A stretch of 58,781 bases of DNA from a bacterium (lineage in GTDB: Bacteria; Margulisbacteria; Marinamargulisbacteria; SXXA01), in contig RHAI01000004.1 of the NCBI GenBank assembly GCA_010028705.1, positions 1 through 58,781 on the forward strand, read 5' to 3'. The number at the start of each line of letters is the position of its first letter. Positions within the stretch are counted from its first letter, which is position 1. The position numbers and the translations under genes were made by a program. Positions 29,922 through 40,463 of the stretch are shown piece after piece. Under the pieces are notes generated by a model that was not told the origin of the DNA, did no database searches, and saw nothing but the letters and a program-made list of their open reading frames with translations.

Positions 29922-31814
29922 CTAAATTGGCCAGGATGTGAGGGAGCTCAGTGAACTTAATTGGAGTTGTTCGGTATCGCTGCCACTTCGGCTTACTGCG
30001 GCTCCGGTCGGAAGGTAGATCCTAAATTCGGTCCCTGAACTGGGTTGGCTTGTGACTTCGATGAAACCGTTGTGATTTTTGATGATTGTTTGCACGGTTG
30101 ACAATCCAAGTCCGGTTCCTTTGCCACTATCTTTGGTCGTAAAAAATGGATCAAAAATCTTGTTAAGTAATGATTTTGGAATCCCTTTCCCCGTGTCAGC
30201 AACCGTGACAGACACGTAGTTCCCGTTTGACACCGGGGTGCGTGTTTTGGGGGATCTGCCGTCTCGGATTGCGACATTTTCGGCTGTGATCAGGATTGAT
30301 CCACCCGTGGCCATGGCATCTCGCGCATTCACGCATAAATTTAATAGTACCTGATGAAGCTGTGTTGGATTACCAACCACTGGCCATAAATCAGCTGAAA
30401 ATGTGGATTTTATTGATATTGATTTAGGAAATGTGGATTTAGCAAATTCATGGATCTCTGCCAATAAATTGGGGATGGGAACCAGCAGTGTGTCACCGTC
30501 GATTCCCCGAGCAAATTCGAGAATTTGGCGTACGAGACTGACACCCCGCTTGGCTGAATTATCGAGTAACTCCAATATCTGTACGCTTTTATCATCGGTA
30601 CACTTCGGTTTTAGAAGTCGAATGGACATAAATAGTGCGGAAAGTACGTTGTTTAGGTCGTGGGCAATACCGCTAGCAACAGATCCAATCCCTTCCATGC
30701 GTTGAATTCTCAAAAATTGCTGTTCCAGTAGTTTTTTTTCGGTAATATCTGTGGCGGTAATTACTATCAACCATTCCGTTTCGTTTGGCCATACCAATGT
30801 CCAATTTGTCAGGACCGCAATCGCTCGATGAGATTTGCTGGTATGGGTCATTTCTCCAGTCCATTCTCCCATCTCGAGAACATGGCTTAATATTGAGGAA
30901 ATGGCCTCTTCTGCCATGATGTGATCGATCTTTTTTTTGTCTGTTACATTTTCCGATTTCCAACCATATAGGCGTTCCGCACTCTTGTTCCAAAAATAGA
31001 CCTTTTTGTCCATGCCAATCACGATAATCGCATCGTTTACCTTGTCCAGATATAGGGCATGATCTCGTAGTAAACTTTCGGCACGTCGCCGAGCGGACAC
31101 GTCTCGAACCACGCATAATGAGTGCGTAATTTCATTCGCTTCGTTTTTAAATGGTGTGTACGAAAATTCGCACCATCGGTCAGCAAGTTTCGCCGTATTG
31201 CAATATAAAATTTCCTTGATTTCTTGGCCATTGAAGCAGGCATCAATCGACGCCTGCATGTGCAATGATACGAATTGAGATCCCCATATTTTGTCGATGG
31301 ATCGCCCATTGAGTTGGGTCACATTTTTTCCTAAGACCGTTGCTTGGGACTCGTTGACAGCCTCAATTATATTGTGACGATTTATGAGTGTTACCCAGTC
31401 GGATGAGTGATTAACTATAAATTCGAATAGTTGTGATCGAGAATGCATTTGCTGGGTTTGGTTACTGAGATCATTTTCGATGTCAGTACTATGTTCGACT
31501 GTAGTCGCTAGAACGACTTTCAGATCGAATAATTCCCGCTCCATTAGGTCCATATAGTTTAGAATATTTCCAAATAAGTCGAGCACAGGAGCCGCCCCTC
31601 TCTCTCCCTGGGCCTGCTCATAATTAAGGCCGATGTCTTGGGTGAGTTGGGTCAATTGTTCCCTGAGTTTGGGGATATTAGTGTCGAGGGCAAGCTTAAA
31701 ATCGGTCGGAAATCGATTGGATGGGGTCGAATTCATGAGGTGCTCCGTTTTTTTTGCCAAAAGATTACAAAAATGTCCGAAAATGCAGGGTTTGCTCGAT
31801 TTGTTTGCCCCCAA
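29922..31814 (-). CDS. PAS-domain sensor histidine kinase (no receiver domain)
   Basis: It has two PAS-like regions, a HisKA H-box ([10 protein letters not shown]) and HATPase_c ([22 protein letters not shown]). The true start may be the internal Met (MNSTPS). Confidence 0.85.
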   Translation of the reverse strand: MGANKSSKPCIFGHFCNLLAKKTEHLMNSTPSNRFPTDFKLALDTNIPKLREQLTQLTQDIGLNYEQAQGERGAAPVLDLFGNILNYMDLMERELFDLKVVLATTVEHSTDIENDLSNQTQQMHSRSQLFEFIVNHSSDWVTLINRHNIIEAVNESQATVLGKNVTQLNGRSIDKIWGSQFVSLHMQASIDACFNGQEIKEILYCNTAKLADRWCEFSYTPFKNEANEITHSLCVVRDVSARRRAESLLRDHALYLDKVNDAIIVIGMDKKVYFWNKSAERLYGWKSENVTDKKKIDHIMAEEAISSILSHVLEMGEWTGEMTHTSKSHRAIAVLTNWTLVWPNETEWLIVITATDITEKKLLEQQFLRIQRMEGIGSVASGIAHDLNNVLSALFMSIRLLKPKCTDDKSVQILELLDNSAKRGVSLVRQILEFARGIDGDTLLVPIPNLLAEIHEFAKSTFPKSISIKSTFSADLWPVVGNPTQLHQVLLNLCVNARDAMATGGSILITAENVAIRDGRSPKTRTPVSNGNYVSVTVADTGKGIPKSLLNKIFDPFFTTKDSGKGTGLGLSTVQTIIKNHNGFIEVTSQPSSGTEFRIYLPTGAAVSRSGSDTEQLQLSSLSSLTSWPI

Positions 31815-31900
31815 ACAAATTTGTAAACGAATCTGCTCCGGACACCCAGTAATGTTGGGAATAGTCGTGTTATGTATAGCGTGGATAATTCACTTAGGAA

Positions 31901-32872
31901 TCAGCCAATTTTGGTGCCAATATTTAGTTCCATCGCTTTTCGGTAAACATATCCCGCGGTCGCGATGTCGTGTATTGCGAGGCCAGTAGAATCGAATATC
32001 GTGATTTGCTTTGACGATGTCCGTCCTTTTTTAGTTCCCGATAGGATATCTGCCAACGAGGTACTTACCTTTGATTTCGAGATTATTTGACGCTGTAGTG
32101 GAACATTTATTTCACCGGAATGAGAGGCTTGGTGCACGTCGTCGACCACGATTTTTCCACGGACTAAAATTTTGGGGTCCAGCTCTTGTTTGCCGGGAGC
32201 GTCGGCGCCTATTGCGTTAATGTGGGACCCCGGTCGAATCCAGCCGTCATCGACGATGGGGGAACGGCTCGGTGTTGTGGTAGCGATAATGCTCATGTCG
32301 TCGAGAGCCGTCGATATTGAATTGCATTCAATTAATTTTTTCGAATAAAACTGCCGAACTTTGGTAGTAAAGGCCGTGAGTGCATCTCGGGAATGGTCAT
32401 ATATTCTGATTTCCGTAATGGGAATGATGGCGCAGATGGCCATCGCTTGAAAGTAAGCTTGAATTCCAGCCCCAAGTATTCCTAAAGTGGTGGCCCCTTT
32501 TCGAGCAAGATATTTGCATGCGATGCCGCCGACGGCACCGGTTCTCATGCTTGTAATTCGGGTTCCGTCTAATAAGGCTAGCGGCTCGGCAGTTGTGGGG
32601 TCATTTAATAGTATTTGAGCGCGAACTGTTGGAAGATTCAACCGACTATTGTCCGGGTGTGAGTTGACCCATTTTACTCCGGCGACATTGTAGCGTTCGC
32701 TGAATGCAGGCATCGCCCTAAAATCTCCCATTTGATTTGGAATATCAAGGTATGTTTTGGGTGGCATCGTTGATTTGCCAGTTCCAAAATCTCGCGTTGA
32801 GGCTTCGACGACGGTGATGGTTTCATCGATTGATAATAAGGCCGTGATCTGGGCATCGTTTAAATAGATCAT
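31901..32872 (-). CDS. Ornithine cyclodeaminase / mu-crystallin family protein
   Basis: 323 aa. The Rossmann motif LGILGAGIQAYFQAMA and the family-typical length support the call. Confidence 0.7.
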   Translation of the reverse strand: MIYLNDAQITALLSIDETITVVEASTRDFGTGKSTMPPKTYLDIPNQMGDFRAMPAFSERYNVAGVKWVNSHPDNSRLNLPTVRAQILLNDPTTAEPLALLDGTRITSMRTGAVGGIACKYLARKGATTLGILGAGIQAYFQAMAICAIIPITEIRIYDHSRDALTAFTTKVRQFYSKKLIECNSISTALDDMSIIATTTPSRSPIVDDGWIRPGSHINAIGADAPGKQELDPKILVRGKIVVDDVHQASHSGEINVPLQRQIISKSKVSTSLADILSGTKKGRTSSKQITIFDSTGLAIHDIATAGYVYRKAMELNIGTKIG

Positions 32873-32885
32873 GGATATCCTCCTA

Positions 32886-33413
32886 TTAGGTCATTAACAG
32901 ATCGCGATCGATTAGTTCGGCGACTTGAAATGGAGTCTGATTGAGAATGTGGATAATCCGGTGAGCACAATCGCGGTACATCGGATCTCGTTGCTCAAAT
33001 AGCGCCTTTAAAGTGGCCTCCGGAGATTCGGTTTGTAACAGCGGCCGATGTTTATCGTGTTTTAGTCGGGCCCACAACGTGTCAAAAGTTGGCGCCAAAT
33101 AAACGACTTTTCCGATGGAGCGTAGCATCGTTCGATTAGATGCTCGGATAATAATCCCGCCACCAGTCGAGATGACCGAATGCCGACACGTGAGTAATGA
33201 TTCGCATAGATCGGCCTCCGCATCTCGGAACGCCGCTTCCCCGTGGGCGGCGAAAATCTCTGATATTTTAAGCCCAAATTGTTTGGAAAGGAGACGGTCG
33301 GTATCGATAAATTTCTTGTGAATGCGACGGCTTAAATTAACCCCTACGGTAGTTTTTCCACTACCGGGCATGCCAATTAAGACTACGTTATTCGGATGCT
33401 TTTGGCGGCGCAT
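32886..33413 (-). CDS. aroK: Shikimate kinase
   Basis: 175 aa. It has the P-loop LIGMPGSGKTTVG and an STGGG lid motif. Confidence 0.85.
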   Translation of the reverse strand: MRRQKHPNNVVLIGMPGSGKTTVGVNLSRRIHKKFIDTDRLLSKQFGLKISEIFAAHGEAAFRDAEADLCESLLTCRHSVISTGGGIIIRASNRTMLRSIGKVVYLAPTFDTLWARLKHDKHRPLLQTESPEATLKALFEQRDPMYRDCAHRIIHILNQTPFQVAELIDRDLLMT

Positions 33414-33418
33414 CGGGT

Positions 33419-33643
33419 TTATTTTCGGTGACTACCATCGCAAAATGGACTGTTTGTTGATTTCTTGCAGCCGCAGATATATGCGTTGGTGGCTTCGTCA
33501 ACTCTAAATTTTTTGGGGGTTTCGTTGGTTGGTGTATGGCTGCCATCACAGAATGGGAAGCCAGCGGATAGACCACACCGGCAATAGAAATATGTGCCAG
33601 GTTCCAGATTGACTGCGATCGGGGATTTTTGATTTTCGTTCAT
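33419..33643 (-). CDS. CDGSH iron-sulfur domain protein (two CDGSH motifs)
   Basis: 74 aa with CRCGLSAGFPFCDGSH and CGCKKSTNSPFCDGSH. Confidence 0.85.
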   Translation of the reverse strand: MNENQKSPIAVNLEPGTYFYCRCGLSAGFPFCDGSHTPTNETPKKFRVDEATNAYICGCKKSTNSPFCDGSHRK

Positions 33644-33684
33644 TACCGCTCCTTTATTTGTGAAAAGTACCGAACCTTAAAAAA

Positions 33685-34284
33685 TCAGGCAAGTGTACTG
33701 AAATCGCCAAGGTCGCCTTTCGGGGGCATTTTAGGGTACTCAATTTTTTTTTCTTCGCGCCACCGGGTTAGCGATTCATCGAGATGCCGACCGGATTCGT
33801 TGAATACGCTATTAATGTGTGGGGGAGGTGTATGGGAACCTTTAGCGTCACTTTTGGGTAAAAATTTTTCATCGAGCTCAATCCTTATGGGAATTTGGTG
33901 GGGCTGTTGTTTGATTATTTCGTAGGCGGCCAATACCGGTGATTTCGGATTTTGAAGGCTAATAATAAAGTGGTAACGCTGTCCAGTGAGAATGTCTTCT
34001 TGAGACGGGTAGGCGATTCCTTTTGGATGGGAGTGGTATAGCCCAAAAAACGTTAATCCATTTTTTTTGAAAAAGTCGTAGGCGCGCTGGATGTCACTGG
34101 ACGTGACGGCAAATGTATCGGTCCGATTCCCTAAGTGTTGGTTAACAGTGGGCATTATGCCGAGAATGATATTGTCCCGCCCACCAATAAAGCCTCCCGA
34201 CTCTTGGGGTAGATTATCTAGAGCCTGCTTAATGATAATGTCGTATTGACGTTTAACAATTAAAAAAACGTCAGGGCTTGGCAT
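33685..34284 (-). CDS. JAB/MPN (JAMM) metalloprotease-domain protein
   Basis: 199 aa. The JAMM motif is YHSHPKGIAYPSQEDI, with an upstream Glu (QESGGFIGG). Confidence 0.7.
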   Translation of the reverse strand: MPSPDVFLIVKRQYDIIIKQALDNLPQESGGFIGGRDNIILGIMPTVNQHLGNRTDTFAVTSSDIQRAYDFFKKNGLTFFGLYHSHPKGIAYPSQEDILTGQRYHFIISLQNPKSPVLAAYEIIKQQPHQIPIRIELDEKFLPKSDAKGSHTPPPHINSVFNESGRHLDESLTRWREEKKIEYPKMPPKGDLGDFSTLA

Positions 34285-35003
34285 TATTTCGATAATTCGA
34301 GTGACAAATGGTACAAAATAATACCTGTGGCCACGGAAACATTGAGTGAATCCAGCTGACCACTCGTTGGGATATTAAGTAATTGATCGGCTAGTTTTTT
34401 TACTCGCATTGAGACCCCTCGGCCCTCATTACCGACCACTAGTACCATTGGGAAATTGGGTTGTAACGTGGGCAGAGATTCCCCATAAGTTACATCGGTC
34501 GATACGATCCAATAGCCGTTGGATTTTAGCTTGTCCAACGCATTTCCAATGTTGGGGACTTTGACTAAATCGATGTAATTAATTGCACCCGACGACGCCT
34601 TGACGACTCCTGCGGATAAGGTCGTATTTCGGTCCTTGGGAAACACGACGCCTTTGACGCCGAACAATTCAGCTGATCGAAGAATTGCTCCAAAGTTAAA
34701 TGGGTCCTCGAGGTGGTCAACGGCCAGTAATAACGGATGTTGGTGACTGATGAGTTGGTCGAGAGTAATGGGTTTTCGTGTGTGGACATAGGCCAAGACC
34801 CCCTGAGTATTACCTTCCCCGGCTTGCTTATCCAGTTCCGCATTGGTGACGAGGGATACTCGGACGCTGCGTTCTCGGGCGCTTTGCATGATCGCTTTAA
34901 TATCGGGGTGGTGGGTGGCCGAATTTGCGATTCGGATTGAATCAACGTGCTGGCCTGTTTTGAGGGCTTCCGAGACCGCATGTTTTCCTTTAATGATGTA
35001 CAT
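34284..35003 (-). CDS. rlmB: SpoU/TrmH-family 23S rRNA (Gm2251) 2'-O-methyltransferase RlmB-like
   Basis: 239 aa. It has a SpoU substrate-binding N-domain and a SPOUT C-domain (LVVGNEGRGVS...LNVSVATGIILY). Confidence 0.8.
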   Translation of the reverse strand: MYIIKGKHAVSEALKTGQHVDSIRIANSATHHPDIKAIMQSARERSVRVSLVTNAELDKQAGEGNTQGVLAYVHTRKPITLDQLISHQHPLLLAVDHLEDPFNFGAILRSAELFGVKGVVFPKDRNTTLSAGVVKASSGAINYIDLVKVPNIGNALDKLKSNGYWIVSTDVTYGESLPTLQPNFPMVLVVGNEGRGVSMRVKKLADQLLNIPTSGQLDSLNVSVATGIILYHLSLELSK

Positions 35004-37836
35004 TGTTTTCCTCGGTTTTCCGTAATTTTTGAGCTAAATAATACCCTGTATGAGAGTGACCGTTGGCCGCAACTTCTTCGGGCGTTCCGGTGGCGACAAT
35101 CTGTCCACCACCAATTCCACCTTCGGGACCGAGATCGATGATGTAATCCGCTGCTTTAATAATGTCCAAATTATGTTCGATAACGACGACCGTATTTCCG
35201 GCATTAACTAGACGATCTAACACGGACTGTAAGTGGGCGATATCCGCAAAATGAAGGCCTGTTGTAGGTTCGTCCAATAAATACATGGTCTTTCCAGTAC
35301 TTCGCTTGCTTAATTCTTTGGCTAATTTAATGCGTTGTGCTTCTCCGCCACTTAACGTTGTGGCATTTTGTCCTAACTGAATGTACCCAAGACCAACATC
35401 CTGAAGGGTTCGCAGTTTATTCATAACGCCTGGGATCGCAGTGAATAGTTCGGCGGCGTCGTCGACCGTCATGTCGAGTACGTTCGAGATGGAATGGCTT
35501 TTGTACCGCACTTCGAGCGTTTGATCGTTATACCGTTTCCCTTTGCAAATGTCACATACAACATACACATCGGATAAAAAATGCATTTCAATTTTGACGA
35601 CCCCGTCACCTTCGCACGCCTCACACCGACCGCCTTTTACATTAAAGCTGAATCGTCCCGGGCCGTAGCCTCGAATTTTTGCTTCACGAGTAGCGGCGAA
35701 TAATTCTCGGATTGGTCCAAAAAGTCCGGTATACGTCGCGGGATTAGAACGAGGTGTTCGGCCGATTGGACTTTGGTCGATGGTAATGACTTTGTCGAGG
35801 TGCTCGAGCCCTTCAATACGAGTATGATTCCCTGGTTTTTCTTTACTTTGATGAAAATGCCGCATTAGTGCCAAATGGAAAATGTCGTTAATTAGGGTGC
35901 TTTTTCCTGATCCGGATACGCCCGTGACGGCGATTAATTGCGCGAGTGGAAACGTGACAGTGACGTTTTTTAAGTTATTTTCATTTGCGCCGACAATGGT
36001 GATGCTACGGGCCCAATCCGCCGGGCGCCGACGAGTCGGCACGGTGAGTTCCAGTCGACCGCTTAAGTATTGTCCAGTTGATGAGTTGGGGTCTGCTAGC
36101 AGGTTGGTAACGGTTCCATTAAAAACGATGTGGCCGCCATGACGGCCAGCACCAGGTCCAATATCCACCACATAATCGGCGTTTAGAATCATGTCTTCAT
36201 CATGTTCCACGACAATGAGTGTATTGCCCAAGTTGCGGAGGCGGACTAAGGCTTCGATCAGTTTCATATTGTCACGCTGATGGAGCCCGATGCTGGGTTC
36301 GTCCAATACGTAGAGTACGCCGGTTAATCCGGATCCGATTTGAGTGGCTAATCGAATGCGTTGGGCTTCACCACCGCTGAGACTTCCGGATTTGCGACCG
36401 AGCGATAAATAATGGAGCCCGACGTTTTTAAGAAATCGAAGGCGTTCAGAAATTTCCTTGTGGACCTTTGATATGATTTCATAGTCTTTGGGCGACAGCG
36501 GAAGTGTGGAAATCCATGTGTCGAGGTCTCCGATACTCATCTCCATTAAGTCATGGAGGGTACGACCGTTAATTTGGAAATACAGTGCCTCGGGACGAAG
36601 TCGTGCGCCATGGCATCCTGAACATGGTTTAGCCGACATATAGTTTTGGAAAAAAAGTCGCATCCCTTCGGATTGGGTTTGGAAATATCGACGGCGGAGA
36701 TTAGTAATGACTCCCTCCCACTTCCAACTTCGTCGATGAAAGACCTGGCCCACCTCGGTGTGGATGAATGGATTTTCATCGACCGCGTTGGATGTGCCGT
36801 ATAAAAAAATATTTCGTTGGGTGGTATTCAGGTGGGTAAACGGTGTGTCGAGATCAAATCCATAGTCCTGTGCGGTCCGTTCGACGTACGAGGAGTATCC
36901 GGTTCCATCCAAATTCATGATTTTTGGTGCGCAGTGACGAAGGGGAGCCTGCGGATCCGAAATGACTAACTCGGGATCAAAATCCAGTCGATGGCCCAGC
37001 CCCTTGCATTCTGGACATGCGCCAGTTGGGGCGTTGAATGAGAACAATCGTGGACTTACTTCTGGTACCGATGTCCCACACGACGGACACGCAAGGTGTT
37101 CGGATAACAGGAGTGAACTACCTTCCGATTCGACGATTACCAATCCATCTGATTTTCGGACAGCGGTTTCGATGGATTCGAATAGCCGTGAATCGTTATC
37201 GGCATTGACCGTAAGTCGATCGACTACGATCTCGATGGTGTGCGATTTTTTCTTGTCGAGGGGAGGTGCTTCATCAATTCGGAAAATATCTCCGTTGATC
37301 CGAACCCGAGTAAACCCGTCGGCTTTTAAACGTTCGAGGTACTGTTTTTGTTCACCTTTTCGATTTCGAACGATGGGCCCGAGTATCGTAATCGATTGGT
37401 CTGCAAGCGTCGAATGGATATGGTTGGCCATTTCCTGAATGCTTTGACCGGTAATTGGGGTGGTGCAATTCGGGCACACCGGACGACCAATGCTTGAAAA
37501 CATTAGTCTAAAATAATCATATATTTCGGTGATTGTGCCCACCGTTGAGCGCGGATTTTGAGACGTCGTTTTTTGATCTATTGAAATGGCTGGGGATAGC
37601 CCTTCGATCGACTCGACGTCGGGTTTGTCCATTTGATCCAGGAACTGCCGGGCATACGATGATAGCGACTCCATATACCGCCGCTGGCCCTCGGCAAATA
37701 TCGTGTCAAATGCAAGTGACGACTTCCCCGAGCCAGATAAGCCGGTGAACACGATGAGTGCATCGCGGGGAAGAGTCACAGATATATCTTTTAAATTGTG
37801 GACTTTGGCGCCCAACACCTTAATTTCAGTGTGCAT
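34990..37836 (-). CDS. uvrA: Excinuclease ABC subunit A
   Basis: 948 aa. It has two ABC modules (GLSGSGKSSLA, GVSGSGKSTLI), zinc-finger cysteines and LSGGEAQR signatures. Confidence 0.95.
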   Translation of the reverse strand: MHTEIKVLGAKVHNLKDISVTLPRDALIVFTGLSGSGKSSLAFDTIFAEGQRRYMESLSSYARQFLDQMDKPDVESIEGLSPAISIDQKTTSQNPRSTVGTITEIYDYFRLMFSSIGRPVCPNCTTPITGQSIQEMANHIHSTLADQSITILGPIVRNRKGEQKQYLERLKADGFTRVRINGDIFRIDEAPPLDKKKSHTIEIVVDRLTVNADNDSRLFESIETAVRKSDGLVIVESEGSSLLLSEHLACPSCGTSVPEVSPRLFSFNAPTGACPECKGLGHRLDFDPELVISDPQAPLRHCAPKIMNLDGTGYSSYVERTAQDYGFDLDTPFTHLNTTQRNIFLYGTSNAVDENPFIHTEVGQVFHRRSWKWEGVITNLRRRYFQTQSEGMRLFFQNYMSAKPCSGCHGARLRPEALYFQINGRTLHDLMEMSIGDLDTWISTLPLSPKDYEIISKVHKEISERLRFLKNVGLHYLSLGRKSGSLSGGEAQRIRLATQIGSGLTGVLYVLDEPSIGLHQRDNMKLIEALVRLRNLGNTLIVVEHDEDMILNADYVVDIGPGAGRHGGHIVFNGTVTNLLADPNSSTGQYLSGRLELTVPTRRRPADWARSITIVGANENNLKNVTVTFPLAQLIAVTGVSGSGKSTLINDIFHLALMRHFHQSKEKPGNHTRIEGLEHLDKVITIDQSPIGRTPRSNPATYTGLFGPIRELFAATREAKIRGYGPGRFSFNVKGGRCEACEGDGVVKIEMHFLSDVYVVCDICKGKRYNDQTLEVRYKSHSISNVLDMTVDDAAELFTAIPGVMNKLRTLQDVGLGYIQLGQNATTLSGGEAQRIKLAKELSKRSTGKTMYLLDEPTTGLHFADIAHLQSVLDRLVNAGNTVVVIEHNLDIIKAADYIIDLGPEGGIGGGQIVATGTPEEVAANGHSHTGYYLAQKLRKTEENNVHH

Positions 37837-38443
37837 GTTTTTTTAAAAACTCTCGTAATAGATGGAGGCCAACTTGGCCACTTTTTTCCGGATGAAATTG
37901 GCATCCAAGTACCGTTTGGGTTTGTATCGCAGAAGCGAACCGAACACCGTAGTCAGTCTCGGTAAAAATAATCGATCGGTCTGATGGTAGAGCATAATAC
38001 GAATTAGCAAAATACGCCGTAATTGGGTGATTAAGTCCCAACGTCAGGCCTAACGGATCATGATTGACGAGAAGTTCATTCCAGCCCATCTGCGGCACTT
38101 TTAGGTTGGGGCCTGACAATCGTTTGACTTGACCTGAGAATATGCCAAGTCCATTGACCCCACCATCCTCATCGGTATGATCGAACAATAACTGAAATCC
38201 TAAACAGATCCCAATATAGGGCCTTTCGCTGCGAATGTAAGACTGAAGCCGTTGGATTAATTGATGACGCTGTAATGCCGCCATTGCGTCGCCTGCGGCA
38301 CCCTGCCCGGGTACCACGAGTACTCGGGATCGATCGATGTCTCCAGGATTCGATGTGATGTGTGTCGAATACCCGAGGTGCTTTAATGCATTGTGGACGC
38401 TACCGATGTTGCCGACCCCATAGTCCAAAATAGTAATATTCAT
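37826..38443 (-). CDS. hisH: Imidazole glycerol phosphate synthase glutaminase subunit HisH
   Basis: 205 aa class-I GATase with GICLGFQLL and QFHPEKS motifs. Confidence 0.85.
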   Translation of the reverse strand: MNITILDYGVGNIGSVHNALKHLGYSTHITSNPGDIDRSRVLVVPGQGAAGDAMAALQRHQLIQRLQSYIRSERPYIGICLGFQLLFDHTDEDGGVNGLGIFSGQVKRLSGPNLKVPQMGWNELLVNHDPLGLTLGLNHPITAYFANSYYALPSDRSIIFTETDYGVRFASAIQTQTVLGCQFHPEKSGQVGLHLLREFLKKHAH

Positions 38444-38569
38444 TACTCAATTTTAACTAGGTTGTCCGACAAACGGCAACGAGAATCCAGTTTCGATGGA
38501 GGTGACGTTTGTAATCGGTGGAAAACGCACAATTGAGATTGACGCTTTGACCACGTATACTCGGCCTCG

Positions 38570-39883
38570 ATGAACTCGTTTAAGCGCGCATTAGGGACCC
38601 GCTCTGCTACCTTGCTAGTCGCAGGGAATATGATCGGTATCGGCATTTTTGTGACGGCGGGGAAAATAATCCAGGTGATACCCAATCCGGCGCTCGTATT
38701 AGGTGCCTGGGTATTGGGCGGATTGCTGTCGATTATCGGAGGTCTTGCGTACGCCGAACTGGCGACTCGCTTCCCTCGGGCCGGGGGCGGTTATGTGTTT
38801 CAGAAGGAAGCATTCGGTCCGATGTTGGGATTCCTCGCCGGGTTCTCGTCCAGCATGATCACGATTCCCGGAACAACGGCGTTTTTGGCAATGGGGTTCA
38901 CTCGGTATATTGGCGTAGTCGATCCGTTGGTGAGTCGAATGATTGGCCTGTCTCTGATCGCCGGTATTTCTTGGATTAACTATCGGGGAGTTACCCAGGG
39001 TGCGGTGCTTCAGGATGGCTTCATGGTCCTAAAATGGGGGTTGATTGTGGCCTTAGTGGGTGCTGGTTTTGGGTGGGGGCATGGTAGCTGGGCCCATTTT
39101 GAGAGCAGTTTGCCGTTGACCCGTCCGCTTTGGGAGGCACTTCCACTGGCGCTGGTCCCGATCATGTATACCTATTCGGGATGGGATGCGACTGTATACA
39201 TTGCTCAAGAAATTACGAATCCCCGTCGCACGATCCCTCGATCGATGGTGTTGGGTGCTAGTCTCGTGATGTTGACCTATATTTTATTGACCGCGCTGTA
39301 TATTTTCGCATTGCCGTTGTCGGCGCCGACCCGGCGGATTGCGGCCACGGCGGCTGGAGTATTATTTACTCCCGTTATCGGGCATGTGGTCGGTATGTTG
39401 ATCTCGATATCGGTGTTGGGGTGCCTGGCGGCAACGGTTTTGACTGGGCCTCGTGTGTTTTATGCAATGGCTAAGGATCGATTGTTCCCCCCGTGGATGG
39501 CTCGGATTCATCCGCGATTCCAGACCCCTGGATTGGCGATTGTTGTACATGGTCTTTGGGCCTCGCTGTTGATGCTGACCGGGACCTTCGATCGGTTGCT
39601 TGATTTTATAACCGTGCCTAGTGTCCTTTTTGGAGCCATCACAGTAATCGGACTGTTTGTGGTACGACATCGCCATTGGCACGATGAGGCGGCGGATCCC
39701 TTTTTAATGCCCGGTTATCCGGTGTTGCCGGCGGTGTTTGTTGCCATAATGGGATTTATTGTGATTGCAACGGTGATTCATGATCCGTTGAATTCAGCTT
39801 GGGGGTTGGTCGTGTTGGCTCTTGGAATACCGGTGTATTGGATTGTAAAACGGATTTATGGAAACGATTCACCTTCGCTATGA
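38570..39883 (+). CDS. APC-family amino acid permease
   Basis: 437 aa with 12 predicted TM segments. The N-terminus reads LLVAGNMIGIGIFVTAGKII. Confidence 0.75.
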   Translation: MNSFKRALGTRSATLLVAGNMIGIGIFVTAGKIIQVIPNPALVLGAWVLGGLLSIIGGLAYAELATRFPRAGGGYVFQKEAFGPMLGFLAGFSSSMITIPGTTAFLAMGFTRYIGVVDPLVSRMIGLSLIAGISWINYRGVTQGAVLQDGFMVLKWGLIVALVGAGFGWGHGSWAHFESSLPLTRPLWEALPLALVPIMYTYSGWDATVYIAQEITNPRRTIPRSMVLGASLVMLTYILLTALYIFALPLSAPTRRIAATAAGVLFTPVIGHVVGMLISISVLGCLAATVLTGPRVFYAMAKDRLFPPWMARIHPRFQTPGLAIVVHGLWASLLMLTGTFDRLLDFITVPSVLFGAITVIGLFVVRHRHWHDEAADPFLMPGYPVLPAVFVAIMGFIVIATVIHDPLNSAWGLVVLALGIPVYWIVKRIYGNDSPSL

Positions 39884-40376
39884 GGTTTGCCCCACTGACT
39901 CGCTGATCCGGATTCCTGAGGACTTGTGTCGGGATCACGGGGAATTTATGTGTCACATTGAAGCGATTCTTCCGCTACGACATCTTATCCAGTTGGCTGA
40001 AACCGATGGCGTGGACATCGTGGTCATATCCGCGTTTCGATCATTCGAGTATCAACAGACGCTGTTCGAAGATGCCGAGCGGCGTTACGGGCCGGGCCGC
40101 GGATCAACATGGGTGGCTCCTCCGGGGCACTCCGAGCATCATACCGGCTTTTGTTTTGACCTGGCGGATCGTCACTGTCCCGAATGTGATGATGAGCCGG
40201 GTTTTGAGAATACTCCGGCCGCAAAATGGTTGTTAAATAATGCCAATATGCACGGGTTTGAATTGTCGTTTCCGCCGCAAAATTGGCAGGGTGTCGGCTA
40301 TGAACCCTGGCATTGGCGGTACGTTGAATCCCCGTTATCCACCCAAATCTTTTCATCGAAAAATATCAGGCCATAA
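39858..40376 (+). CDS. M15-family D-Ala-D-Ala carboxypeptidase (VanY-like)
   Basis: The motifs are SAFRSFEYQQTLF, GHSEHHTG and EPWHWRY. Confidence 0.7.
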   Translation: METIHLRYEVCPTDSLIRIPEDLCRDHGEFMCHIEAILPLRHLIQLAETDGVDIVVISAFRSFEYQQTLFEDAERRYGPGRGSTWVAPPGHSEHHTGFCFDLADRHCPECDDEPGFENTPAAKWLLNNANMHGFELSFPPQNWQGVGYEPWHWRYVESPLSTQIFSSKNIRP

Positions 40377-40463
40377 ATAGGTAGTCGGTTGCGACTGGAT
40401 TTGATACACTAGCTCAACTATTTTTTATTGGGTAAGGAGTTCGCCTTGTCATCGGAGAGCTTA

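Noticed and set aside
36962-37438. A 158-aa plus-strand ORF inside uvrA
   Set aside because: It is antisense to uvrA and is a shadow ORF.
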